A stretch of 28,792 nucleotides of DNA, taken from positions 1-28,792 of IMG/VR virus record IMGVR_UViG_3300030095_000137. One strand, 5' to 3'. This DNA comes from a virus. Taxonomy: Duplodnaviria; Caudoviricetes. The position numbers and the translations under genes were made by a program. Each line of letters opens with the position of its first letter. Position 1 is the stretch's first letter. Under the pieces are notes generated by a model that saw only the letters and a program-made list of their open reading frames with translations, ran no database searches and was not told where the DNA came from. Of this stretch, positions 19,229 to 27,289 are shown in pieces.

Positions 19229-19252
19229 GTATGTCAAATAAGAAGACCAAGC

Positions 19253-19546
19253 CTATTTATTAGCTGCTTCAAGTTGTTTAATTAGAGTATCTTTTGTTTG
19301 TCTTCTATCAAGTTCAATACCGATAGAACGACCATAAACTTCAAGTTCTGCTTTAGTCATAAGTTCTAAATTAGTTGTCTTTACTTCAGCTTCCACAGGT
19401 GTAGTAGACGCTACAGGTGTCTGAGGTTCAGCACCACTAATTAACTCAAGATGCTTGCAAAATTCTCCGTTATACTCAAATTCTTCGCCAGCTTCTCTTA
19501 TAGATTGACCAACGAAACACTTGATTTTAGCTTTGTAAATAGGCAT
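19253..19546 (-). CDS. Small head-associated protein with C-terminal HeH (LEM/Rho-N-like) motif
   Basis: 97 aa: beta-rich N-terminus (IREAGEEFEY), P/T linker, then LELMTKAELEVYGRSIGIELDRRQTKDTLIKQL. Confidence 0.65.
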   Translation of the reverse strand: MPIYKAKIKCFVGQSIREAGEEFEYNGEFCKHLELISGAEPQTPVASTTPVEAEVKTTNLELMTKAELEVYGRSIGIELDRRQTKDTLIKQLEAANK

Positions 19547-19560
19547 AAGTCATTTTTAAT

Positions 19561-19992
19561 TTAAGCTACGGTAAAGCCAGAAGCATAGAACTTTCTACCG
19601 TCACCGATTGTTTCTACTATATCAGCAGTAACTTTACCAGCGTTAAAAGTACCAGCAATTGTGTATCTAGCACCAAGGTATCTTTGACCTTTGCCAGCAA
19701 TGTCTGGGTTTAAACGTACTACTACGTTCTTACCTAATGTAAGTGCTGCTGTAAGAATAGCATCGCTGCTGCCTATAACAGTAGGACTTCCCAAGTTTGC
19801 ACTTGCACTGGTAATAACTTCAAACTTTACGCTTGTACCATTTGCTAATGCAGTAGTAACGGCAAAGTTCATGTATAAATCAGTACCTTCACCCATGTCT
19901 CTAGCAACACTTAAATCAACAGTGTTTGTAGAAACAGCAGTTGTAGTAAGTGCTTGATCTTCGCTCACTCTGAGCAATGAATCTGTAATCAT
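19561..19992 (-). CDS. Capsid cement protein (Bbp16-like)
   Basis: 143 aa right after the MCP. MITDSLLRVSEDQA..STNTVDL..RDMGEG..QRYLGARYTI..GKVTADIV pattern; AAGGAG SD. Confidence 0.8.
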   Translation of the reverse strand: MITDSLLRVSEDQALTTTAVSTNTVDLSVARDMGEGTDLYMNFAVTTALANGTSVKFEVITSASANLGSPTVIGSSDAILTAALTLGKNVVVRLNPDIAGKGQRYLGARYTIAGTFNAGKVTADIVETIGDGRKFYASGFTVA

Positions 19993-20019
19993 TTTGAATC
20001 TCCTTTAATAATAAATGGG

Positions 20020-21039
20020 TTAACTTACCGCAGCTTCGGTATTGATTAGCGCATCTACTCTTCTTAGAGGAACACCTAAGAATGATAAGTAGCTTTGTGC
20101 TGATCCAAACTGTGATAAACCTTCTTGGATTGCTAAAACAGACTGTGATTTGTCCATTGCTGCAATTGATAAACCTGAGTGAACAGTTCTGTTCATGTAG
20201 AACGCTGCTCTTCCCATAGCCATATTAGGAATTCTGTACAATGCTCTAGCCATTAGTTTAACAAGAGCAGTTGAAGCAGTAGAAGCTTGTGTGCTTGAAC
20301 TTCCTAAAAGGTCAGAAATGTCAATGTTACAAATACGAACAACGTATCTCCAATCTTTAACAACCAAACCATTCTTCCACTGGTAACGAGTAGCAAAAGC
20401 TTGTAGCCTTGTACCGTCACTGTTGTAAACAGTTTGTTCGCCTAGATCTTCGTGTGTTAAACCTGCCTTAGATCCTTTAGGGAAAGGACAATAAACAGTA
20501 TTATCACCCCAAACTACTAGATATACAGAAGCATTATCAGAACCTGATCCACCTGCACTAAGGATGTTAACTGCGTTATCCGCTGAAAGATCACCGTATC
20601 TTGGTGCTAGACCTAGAAACTTCTTAGGATCTGTTCCGGGATTACCGTAAAACATTGTTTCTGCCTGTGTCTGGTTCATTGCTTCCAAGAAAGCAGTGTC
20701 TTCAGATAGACGGAATTGTGCAGTGTTACCATTTAACATTGCTAAGTCTTTATCAACTTCAGATCTTGCTTCTAGAATTCCACAAGCTTCATCGATCTGC
20801 GCTGTTGTTGACTTAGTTGATGGGATACCTTGGTTTAATGCTCTCCAATAAACTCCGGGTAGTCCTGTTCTGATAACTACACGTTCTCCAGTAGGTAAAT
20901 TACCTTCCTTAAAAACGCAGTCATCTAGTATTTCGTTTGACTGTGATAACAGTTCTGCAACGATTGGAACTCTACCGTCTGGGTCGCTTCGTTTTGCCCA
21001 ATCCGCTAGGGTTAAATTTGAATTTGAAAGTGTAGCCAT
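20020..21039 (-). CDS. Major capsid protein (BPP-1 Bbp17-like)
   Basis: 339 aa. LTLADWAKR..IVAELLSQSNEILDD..RTGLP..WRALNQG..GLAPRY..GLVVKDWRYVVRICNID..FLGVPLRRVDAL; AGGAG SD. Confidence 0.92.
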   Translation of the reverse strand: MATLSNSNLTLADWAKRSDPDGRVPIVAELLSQSNEILDDCVFKEGNLPTGERVVIRTGLPGVYWRALNQGIPSTKSTTAQIDEACGILEARSEVDKDLAMLNGNTAQFRLSEDTAFLEAMNQTQAETMFYGNPGTDPKKFLGLAPRYGDLSADNAVNILSAGGSGSDNASVYLVVWGDNTVYCPFPKGSKAGLTHEDLGEQTVYNSDGTRLQAFATRYQWKNGLVVKDWRYVVRICNIDISDLLGSSSTQASTASTALVKLMARALYRIPNMAMGRAAFYMNRTVHSGLSIAAMDKSQSVLAIQEGLSQFGSAQSYLSFLGVPLRRVDALINTEAAVS

Positions 21040-21053
21040 TAATAACTCCTGAC

Positions 21054-21731
21054 TTAATTTTGCTGATTAGAATATAGTGCGTTTGCTATGCCGTTAAAAT
21101 CTTTGGGGATACTATTACCTTTAGCACCTTCGGAATTACCAACATAACTATCTTCACTAATTGCCTGACCTGCTCTGTACATAAACCTGATTATCTCAGG
21201 ATGATTTCCAAAGCCTGTTTCTGCAAGCAGCGACTTCAAGGCATCATTACCAAACGTATCAAGTGCAGATTTAGCAACAGTAAGATTAGAATCAAAATTT
21301 TCACCGCCAAATTCTTTATCAGCTTGTGAATCATTTGCCCAACCTGCTTTTGCTTCTTCTATTACCTTGGCTTGTCTGGCTTGTATGACAGGTGCTACCT
21401 TGTCTAATACCTTTTGTGCAGCTTCTTGTGGCAGGTTAAGATCTTTAGCGACTTCACCGAATGCAGTAACTACTTCGGGGTCGAGTTCATTTGGTGCGTC
21501 AGCCACCTGTCTATTAAACTCGTATGTCTCAGGTGCGCCTTCTACAGCTTCCTGATCGCTAGTTTCACTTTCAACAGCGGTTTCATCCGAAACTTGTTGA
21601 TTCTGCACATTTTCAGCTTGCTGCTCAGTAGCAGTAGTAGCATTAGCTGATTGCTCAGTTGTTGCGTCTACTGTTTGCTGCGTGTCGCCTTCATTTGTTT
21701 GGTTGGCTTCTGTCATCAGCATCTCTGACAT
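21054..21731 (-). CDS. Capsid scaffolding protein
   Basis: 225 aa, acidic disordered N-terminus, APETYEF, LNLPQEAAQK, GFGNHPEIIRFMYRAG..ISED; directly upstream of the MCP; AAGGAG SD. Confidence 0.8.
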   Translation of the reverse strand: MSEMLMTEANQTNEGDTQQTVDATTEQSANATTATEQQAENVQNQQVSDETAVESETSDQEAVEGAPETYEFNRQVADAPNELDPEVVTAFGEVAKDLNLPQEAAQKVLDKVAPVIQARQAKVIEEAKAGWANDSQADKEFGGENFDSNLTVAKSALDTFGNDALKSLLAETGFGNHPEIIRFMYRAGQAISEDSYVGNSEGAKGNSIPKDFNGIANALYSNQQN

Positions 21732-22035
21732 TTTTTTGCTCCTTGATCATTGTCGGATATAGTTCTGGGCAGAGAGTGTGGATTAAGTTAAGGATTTGCA
21801 AACCATAGTTTCTGTTACCTTCGCTAAATGACATTGCCATTGCGTTGGTGTTAAACGATGATCGAAATACACCTGCTTGTTCCAGAAGTCTCCAGATTAA
21901 TCTGCGACCCCTCTTGCTGCTCATAAGCCATTTTATATCCGATTCTTCGTTCTGTCGGTCAATTCTTTCTTCGGACTTTTTATTGTCTTTAGATTTCTGT
22001 TGACTTTTGAGATCGAGAGGATTGTAATCGCTCAT
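21691..22035 (-). CDS. Bbp19-like conserved phage protein
   Basis: 114 aa. DIKWLMSSKRGRRLIWRLL..GVFRSSF..MSFSEGNRNYG motif; lies between portal and scaffold. Confidence 0.8.
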   Translation of the reverse strand: MSDYNPLDLKSQQKSKDNKKSEERIDRQNEESDIKWLMSSKRGRRLIWRLLEQAGVFRSSFNTNAMAMSFSEGNRNYGLQILNLIHTLCPELYPTMIKEQKNVRDADDRSQPNK

Positions 22036-22040
22036 GCTCT

Positions 22041-22074
22041 AATATATCGAGTTATCACTAGGTTACGGTCACAC
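22041..22074 (-). promoter_or_regulatory. Putative late promoter 3 (GTGTGACCGTAA-N16-TATATT) upstream of scaffold/capsid genes
   Basis: 12-mer at 22063-22074, hexamer at 22041-22046, only 5 nt before the ATG at 22035. Confidence 0.75.
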
Positions 22075-22239
22075 CTAACCGCCATATAACTTTTTAGCCA
22101 TCTCTTCTTTGCTAGTTCTTTTGGCTTTTTTAAATGCTCCATCAGTTGGCGCACCCTTTTGATTTTTTTTACGCATACGTTCACCAGAACCATCTTTAAT
22201 TCTTTTGCGTTTTGCGTGGATGTTTTCGTATAAACTCAT
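22075..22239 (-). CDS. Small basic phage protein, 54 aa (not in ORF track)
   Basis: Manual translation: MSLYENIHAKRKRIKDGSGERMRKKNQKGAPTDGAFKKAKRTSKEEMAKKLYGG. The LY.NIHAKRKRI..GSGE.MRK....GAPT pattern resembles a recurrent small marine-phage family. Confidence 0.8.
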   Translation of the reverse strand: MSLYENIHAKRKRIKDGSGERMRKKNQKGAPTDGAFKKAKRTSKEEMAKKLYGG

Positions 22240-22241
22240 AA

Positions 22242-22418
22242 TTAATTCATTTTAGATTTATTATATAATTTTTTTAATTTTTCTTCTTCTGCTTTTCTTT
22301 TTTTCTCTTCTTCTTTTTCTGCTTTAATTCTTGCTTTTTCTTGTCTATCTTTTTCAATCATGTTTCTAAACCTTTTCTTATAGTCAGGAGACATCTTTGT
22401 AAAATTTGGATTTTCCAT
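22242..22418 (-). CDS. Small charged (K/E-rich) protein, 58 aa (not in ORF track)
   Basis: Manual translation: MENPNFTKMSPDYKKRFRNMIEKDRQEKARIKAEKEEEKKRKAEEEKLKKLYNKSKMN. AGGA upstream; fills the gap between its neighbours tightly. Confidence 0.65.
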   Translation of the reverse strand: MENPNFTKMSPDYKKRFRNMIEKDRQEKARIKAEKEEEKKRKAEEEKLKKLYNKSKMN

Positions 22419-22427
22419 AATAAATTC

Positions 22428-22790
22428 CTATGATAAAAGAGTTGAGGTATCAGCAACAGGTGCTGCCTTTGGTGGTGCAGATGCCTTCTCGCCATACAAT
22501 GCATCAGCCTGATCACCACTTTTATCAAATGGTTCTATACCCATTGCAGTTATTTGTAGTTCTACATTCTGTTCGACACCATCTTTTTCTTTACTTTCTC
22601 TAACTGTCTTTACATAAGTAATAGCTTTTATCATCATATCGCTACCTGCTTCTGGTAATTTTTCTATACCTAATTTTTCTAATTCTTCCCTACCTAACGA
22701 TATGCACAAACCGTAGCTATACATCGGTTCGTCATACATTTCATTGCTGTCAATAGGCTGTGGGTCTTTTTGTAAATCAATTAAATCCAT
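22428..22790 (-). CDS. Head-associated protein (capsid staple/minor capsid-like)
   Basis: 120 aa directly after the portal with GGAGG SD. YSYGLCISL..EELEKLGI..LPEAG..VELQITAM pattern recalls the 'capsid staple' family. Confidence 0.6.
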   Translation of the reverse strand: MDLIDLQKDPQPIDSNEMYDEPMYSYGLCISLGREELEKLGIEKLPEAGSDMMIKAITYVKTVRESKEKDGVEQNVELQITAMGIEPFDKSGDQADALYGEKASAPPKAAPVADTSTLLS

Positions 22791-24464
22791 TTATACCTCC
22801 AATGGTGATGGTGAATTGTAACCGCTAAATTGGTTCATCATGTCCATAGCATTACCTGCATCTACTTTACCTAACTTTGACATATTTTCAGCAGCTTGAT
22901 TATGTGCTTCTTGTTGCGCTGCTGCTTGTTGTGCTTGCGCTCTTGCCTGACGTATTTTAGCAACCTGTGGCCCTGCAACTATTAACGATGGATCTACACC
23001 CAACATATCCGCATAACCATCAGCCCATGCATCACCATCAAATTTATCCAATACATCAGGTTTCATTTGGGCAACCATACCCATGCTATTGACATATCTA
23101 TCTACACTATTTGTACCAATCGCACGTTGTGCTTGGGCCAACATAGATACAAATTCTACGTTTAGTTCCATGCCTTGCAACTCTTCTGGCGCAGGTGGTA
23201 TTAAATTAGCTTCGATCATTCTGTTAAACGTAATATCGATTAATGGATCTAATAACTCATTATGTAATCGCTCCAATACTGGCCCTAACATAAGCAGCTT
23301 TTCTTCGTGTCGCTCTGCTACTTCTGTTGCTGTCATTCTTGTATCAGTAGCATTAGCCAACATAAGAAACAAATCAGCATAAAAACTACTATTTATACGA
23401 CCACGAACGTCCTGTATGTCCTGTAATAAATGTTGTAAATTAAGGTTTACGTTAAATGCAGTTTCAATTTTGCCTTGCGCTCCATCAATAAAGGTAACAC
23501 CGCCCGGAAGACTGTCTACATCACGGTTTTTAAGATAGCTAGGTACTTGTAATGGTGGCTTAGTTTGGTAATCAATGCCCTGTGCCTTGCGTAATTGCTC
23601 ATGTTGTAACTGTTTTATGTCACCTAATGACTCCATTCCCGGTGAATTGCCATATATATCACCGCCAGCAATACCCCATCTAGGTACAACAGCAGGGAAT
23701 TCTTTATATCCACTTTCTCTTAGTACACTTTCGCCATCACCACCTGTTTCAAAGTAGCAAGACTTGTATGCCATGTTCATATTGTCTTTCTTTTTGTAGT
23801 CACGCTCTCTATCATCCCTTGGTTCTATCGCATGAACTAACGTAATCCATTGATCTAGTGAACCTCTGTCAAACAGATTCTTAACGGACGTTGAACATTT
23901 GTTATATCCAAATTCTCTTACCACTTCTCCTACTGTTTTTTGAAATTCTCTGTACAAAGTGTTTACTCTGCCTTGATAATCAGTAGCTATTGCATATTCT
24001 CCTACAGTTACTGGGTAATGATGGATTGCATTCTTATCATCAGGCAAAATAATAGAGCCAGCAGTACCAAATGCTCCTAATTCTTCATATATTCCGTGTA
24101 ATGTTCTATATGTATTAGATTTTTGAAACACTAACTGCATACGTTCAGTTACATCTGCTAGCCATAGCTTTACTGGTGCATAACTATTGAGTTCTGGGTC
24201 AGCCGTTCCAAGTCTAAACCAAGGTCTTGCAGGGGATGTTGCACCTGCCATCATGCCAGCACCCAATGTTCTTAATGCACGAGTACCAGTGTTGTCATAT
24301 ATAGAATTATGTCTTCTATGACCTTTATTTCTATCCTGTTCAAAATATCGTCCGTTTCTTGGTAGCAAATATGTAGTGACTTCTTGCCAATGTGACCACC
24401 AAGTAGCCCTTTCAGACCGCAGATGACCCCATCTCGTCAGCAACTTTGCTCTTTTGGTTTTCAT
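22791..24464 (-). CDS. Portal (head-tail connector) protein, Bbp21/T7 gp8-like
   Basis: 557 aa. IYDNTGTRA..LGAGMMAGATSPARPWF, VPRW..YGNSPG, MTATEVAERHEEKLLMLGPVLERL..ELLDPLI, VEFVSMLAQAQ. Confidence 0.93.
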   Translation of the reverse strand: MKTKRAKLLTRWGHLRSERATWWSHWQEVTTYLLPRNGRYFEQDRNKGHRRHNSIYDNTGTRALRTLGAGMMAGATSPARPWFRLGTADPELNSYAPVKLWLADVTERMQLVFQKSNTYRTLHGIYEELGAFGTAGSIILPDDKNAIHHYPVTVGEYAIATDYQGRVNTLYREFQKTVGEVVREFGYNKCSTSVKNLFDRGSLDQWITLVHAIEPRDDRERDYKKKDNMNMAYKSCYFETGGDGESVLRESGYKEFPAVVPRWGIAGGDIYGNSPGMESLGDIKQLQHEQLRKAQGIDYQTKPPLQVPSYLKNRDVDSLPGGVTFIDGAQGKIETAFNVNLNLQHLLQDIQDVRGRINSSFYADLFLMLANATDTRMTATEVAERHEEKLLMLGPVLERLHNELLDPLIDITFNRMIEANLIPPAPEELQGMELNVEFVSMLAQAQRAIGTNSVDRYVNSMGMVAQMKPDVLDKFDGDAWADGYADMLGVDPSLIVAGPQVAKIRQARAQAQQAAAQQEAHNQAAENMSKLGKVDAGNAMDMMNQFSGYNSPSPLEV

Positions 24465-24467
24465 TTA

Positions 24468-24908
24468 CTAACTACCTAATAATGTATTACCACCTAAGTT
24501 CAATGCAGATGGATCTACTCCAACTGTACCTGTTAATAAACTACCTCCTCCTTGATCTCCACCACCTTGTCCTTTTTTCTTTTTACCGCCAGCTACTGCT
24601 TGTGCTGCTGGGTTTACCATTGCATCAGATCCACCAGTTAATACCGTTGATGCTGGGCCAGATTGTGCAGCCTGTTCACTTCTACTTACAATTGCTTGGA
24701 CTTCTGGTTGCTGTTGTGATGCCCTGTTGTATTCAACATCAGCACGGTCTGCTTCCGCTTGAGCTTGTTCTTGAGCTTGTGTATTAGCTTGCTGTTGTGC
24801 TTCTAATGCTTTTTGTTGTTGTTTTCTTTGCTCATTTGCACGATTGTTTGCTGAAATTGTGCTATACACGGTTGCTGCTGATGCTGCTACAACTGCTGTA
24901 ACTACCAT
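24468..24908 (-). CDS. Small virion protein upstream of portal
   Basis: 146 aa, A/Q-rich coiled coil, C-terminal SLLTG..GVDPSALNLGGNTLLG motif typical at this position; AAGGAG SD. Confidence 0.65.
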   Translation of the reverse strand: MVVTAVVAASAATVYSTISANNRANEQRKQQQKALEAQQQANTQAQEQAQAEADRADVEYNRASQQQPEVQAIVSRSEQAAQSGPASTVLTGGSDAMVNPAAQAVAGGKKKKGQGGGDQGGGSLLTGTVGVDPSALNLGGNTLLGS

Positions 24909-24910
24909 AA

Positions 24911-25420
24911 TTAAATCTCCTTAGAATACATAATTTCTTGTACACCATATTTTAGCTTTGGTAGCAGTTTTGCTAAAGCGGTGTTTTCTTTAGCGTGCCA
25001 TAACATTAGTTTGCAGCCTTCAGATTTTGCATAATCTTCTGTTGCTTTCAACAAACGTAAACCTAATCGTCCACCCCGAAGTTCTTTTTTGACAAACAAA
25101 ATGTCATTCTGGGCAATCCTTAGATCAGCATAATGCAAGTGATGCATCATTATGTTCATAGAATATCCAATACAGACATCGCCTTGCATCGCTACATAAA
25201 TGAATAACCAACCTGTTGAATTAAGTGCTTCATACAGCTTGTAGTTAGGTTTCAGTTTCATTATTTGTTTGTTGCGAGCAATCTCTTCGTAATGCTCTTC
25301 AAATAATGGATCTGCTATAACTGCAAATTCATCTAACGTGCAGAGTCTAATTTCTGTTTTAGGTACTCTACTTTCGTTTACAGTAGCTTTACTATCATTA
25401 GTTACGGTCACACTAGTCAT
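24911..25420 (-). CDS. GNAT-family acetyltransferase
   Basis: 169 aa. DILFVKKELRGGRLGLRLLKATEDYAKSEGC (acetyl-CoA motif A) and LLPKLKY; ATGA overlap with the upstream oxygenase stop. Confidence 0.8.
   Translation of the reverse strand: MTSVTVTNDSKATVNESRVPKTEIRLCTLDEFAVIADPLFEEHYEEIARNKQIMKLKPNYKLYEALNSTGWLFIYVAMQGDVCIGYSMNIMMHHLHYADLRIAQNDILFVKKELRGGRLGLRLLKATEDYAKSEGCKLMLWHAKENTALAKLLPKLKYGVQEIMYSKEI
25380..25413 (-). promoter_or_regulatory. Putative late promoter 4 (GTGTGACCGTAA-N16-TACTGT), inside the GNAT 5' end
   Basis: 12-mer at 25402-25413, hexamer at 25380-25385. Confidence 0.65.
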
Positions 25421-25983
25421 AAAGGATAATTAGTTACACAATCAAATATTATATGCACTCTGTCGGTCATGCCAACATTATCCGCTGTATGTAATTTCTT
25501 ATGGTTAAACCACCAGACTTCTCCTACCTCAAACTTTTGCTTCTGATCACCGCAAGTTTGGCTACACCATTGGTTACTTTGCAACACTAAATGAAACCTT
25601 TGGTAGTGATCTGCATACGTTCCCTGATCATTATGTTTAGTCACATGGCCACTAGGTTTAAGATTGACAATAAGTAGCCTTCCCATGTCCTTAACCTCTA
25701 ACTTTTCTAATACTGGTCGCATCAATGGTACTAATGCAGGTTTTAAATACTCCATGCATGGGTAATCGTATGATCCTGTATCCCATAAGACGTAGTAGAT
25801 GCTCATTGCATATGGCCCTCTTACATATATCGACTCCGTATCTTTATGTGGTGTACCAGTAAATTGTTGCCTTGCTTTTATTTCCTTCCATAACTCAGGT
25901 TTGGCTTCTAATAATTTAAGCAATGGCTCTACATCTAGACCTTCTGCTATACGAACAAAGTTACATTCTGGTGTATGGGTCAT
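25417..25983 (-). CDS. Aspartyl/asparaginyl beta-hydroxylase-like 2OG-Fe(II) oxygenase
   Basis: 188 aa. LKPSGHVTKHND (HxD), RFHLVL, GEVWWFNHKKLHTADN (distal His), DRVHIIFD (2OG-binding Arg); AAGGA SD. Confidence 0.85.
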   Translation of the reverse strand: MTHTPECNFVRIAEGLDVEPLLKLLEAKPELWKEIKARQQFTGTPHKDTESIYVRGPYAMSIYYVLWDTGSYDYPCMEYLKPALVPLMRPVLEKLEVKDMGRLLIVNLKPSGHVTKHNDQGTYADHYQRFHLVLQSNQWCSQTCGDQKQKFEVGEVWWFNHKKLHTADNVGMTDRVHIIFDCVTNYPL

Positions 25984-27289
25984 ATTCCTTTTTACCTGTG
26001 GCTATTTTACGTCTTTTAATGTATATGTCTTCTGGTTGTTTCTTGGCTACTGGGAGGGCAAAGGTTAGTGCTAGGGCATCAGCTAGATCTGGTGACCCTG
26101 CTCCCTGCAATCTCTTCTTTATTTGATCCTTACTTTCCAATACTTTCCTACCCACATTGTCGTACCAATATATCGGTGTTGCTAACTCTTGTTTGAGTGC
26201 GGTGTCGTTCGGTATTGCACCTCCCATCTCTATCCATTCTTTCATTAACCACCACATTTCTGTTCTACGGTTGATGTATTGCTCTGGTTTGGTTGCCTTA
26301 CCTCCAAATGGTATTTCTATAACGTCATATGACAACTGCCTTAGTCTGTCGATTACACCACTACCTGCACCTGCATCGCAGAACACTGCATCTGGGTTAT
26401 GTTCCTCTATCAGGTTGGCTATCCTTGCAGCTAGATCCATATTGTCTACACCTCGATAAACAATAGGCTTAAGTCCCTGTCTGCCTTGCCTACGGAATAC
26501 TACAGATCTGTCATCCCCAAACCTTGCTGGGTCAATACCAAACACTACTGGAGAGAATCCTACATCTGCCTTCTGGTATACACGCTGTGCTGCTACTTCG
26601 GTATCTGCCAATGCAATAAGTTGGTCATCACCTGCTGCACTAAAGTCACATAAATATTCCCTAGCAAACGATGTCTCACTCATATCACGTTTAAGACGAG
26701 TCACCTCATCAGGATGCAAGCTATCGGTATCAAATACTGTGTATCTGGCTGCTGTCCATCCGTCTTCGTCTATGGCCTTGTAGTACAACTCAGAGAACAA
26801 GTTGATGCCTGATGGTGTACCAATAAAGATTGCCCATCCAAGTCTGTCTGAGAGTGCAGGTTGACATACATCTAGCCATAGTTCTGGTTTGATCTGTGCA
26901 ACCTCATCGATGACTATCCCATCTAGACGTAATCCCCTTAATGCTTCGGCATTGTCTCCACCAAACAACCTGATGATTGCTCCATTATGTTTAAACTTTA
27001 CTGATAGCTCACCCTCGTTTATATCAATTACTGATGCCCTTCTCAATGGCTCTAGTTTCTGCTTTAACCTTGCCCATGCAATGGCCTTACTTTGCTTTAG
27101 GAATGGAGCTACATACACAAACAAAGGTAGATCTTTGTCAGTCTTAACTGCTTCATGGATTAATTGCATTATGGCTAGTTCTGTCTTACCTGATCGCCTG
27201 TGCAATGCAAAGACACTAAACCTTTCTCTCTTTAGGTGACATTGCTTTTGCCATGCTCTAGGGGTGTAGTCAAGGCTTATATTGCTCAT
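25961..27289 (-). CDS. terL: Terminase large subunit
   Basis: 442 aa. YTPRAWQ, Walker A HRRSGKT, LRGLRLDGIVIDE Walker B, GTPSG coupling motif, RNase H nuclease GIDPARFGDD..DAGAG..SPDLADAL. Confidence 0.95.
   Translation of the reverse strand: MSNISLDYTPRAWQKQCHLKRERFSVFALHRRSGKTELAIMQLIHEAVKTDKDLPLFVYVAPFLKQSKAIAWARLKQKLEPLRRASVIDINEGELSVKFKHNGAIIRLFGGDNAEALRGLRLDGIVIDEVAQIKPELWLDVCQPALSDRLGWAIFIGTPSGINLFSELYYKAIDEDGWTAARYTVFDTDSLHPDEVTRLKRDMSETSFAREYLCDFSAAGDDQLIALADTEVAAQRVYQKADVGFSPVVFGIDPARFGDDRSVVFRRQGRQGLKPIVYRGVDNMDLAARIANLIEEHNPDAVFCDAGAGSGVIDRLRQLSYDVIEIPFGGKATKPEQYINRRTEMWWLMKEWIEMGGAIPNDTALKQELATPIYWYDNVGRKVLESKDQIKKRLQGAGSPDLADALALTFALPVAKKQPEDIYIKRRKIATGKKEYDPYTRM

Noticed and set aside
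19993-20030. Capsid C-terminal extension by frameshift or readthrough
   Set aside because: No slippery heptamer before the TAA, and the cement gene has its own SD.
21725-21745. A-run at the Bbp19/scaffold overlap as a programmed frameshift
   Set aside because: AAGGAG followed by an A-rich spacer and ATG is fully explained as the scaffold ribosome-binding site; no stimulatory structure seen.
4433-25413. The 12-mer repeat as a CRISPR repeat, att site or invertase site
   Set aside because: Copies are kilobases apart, all in one orientation, and show fixed spacing to a -10 hexamer, which fits promoters better.
4534-27239. Numerous other short plus-strand ORFs and the 69 aa minus-strand ORF at 5362..5571
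   Set aside because: All lie within well-supported genes and lack the SD, composition shift and protein-like sequence seen for the 8480-8839 nested ORF.
25961-27289. Somewhat higher GC in terL as evidence of an intron, intein or recent transfer
   Set aside because: TerL is of normal length with contiguous motifs; the capsid and portal genes are also less AT-rich than the ejection genes.
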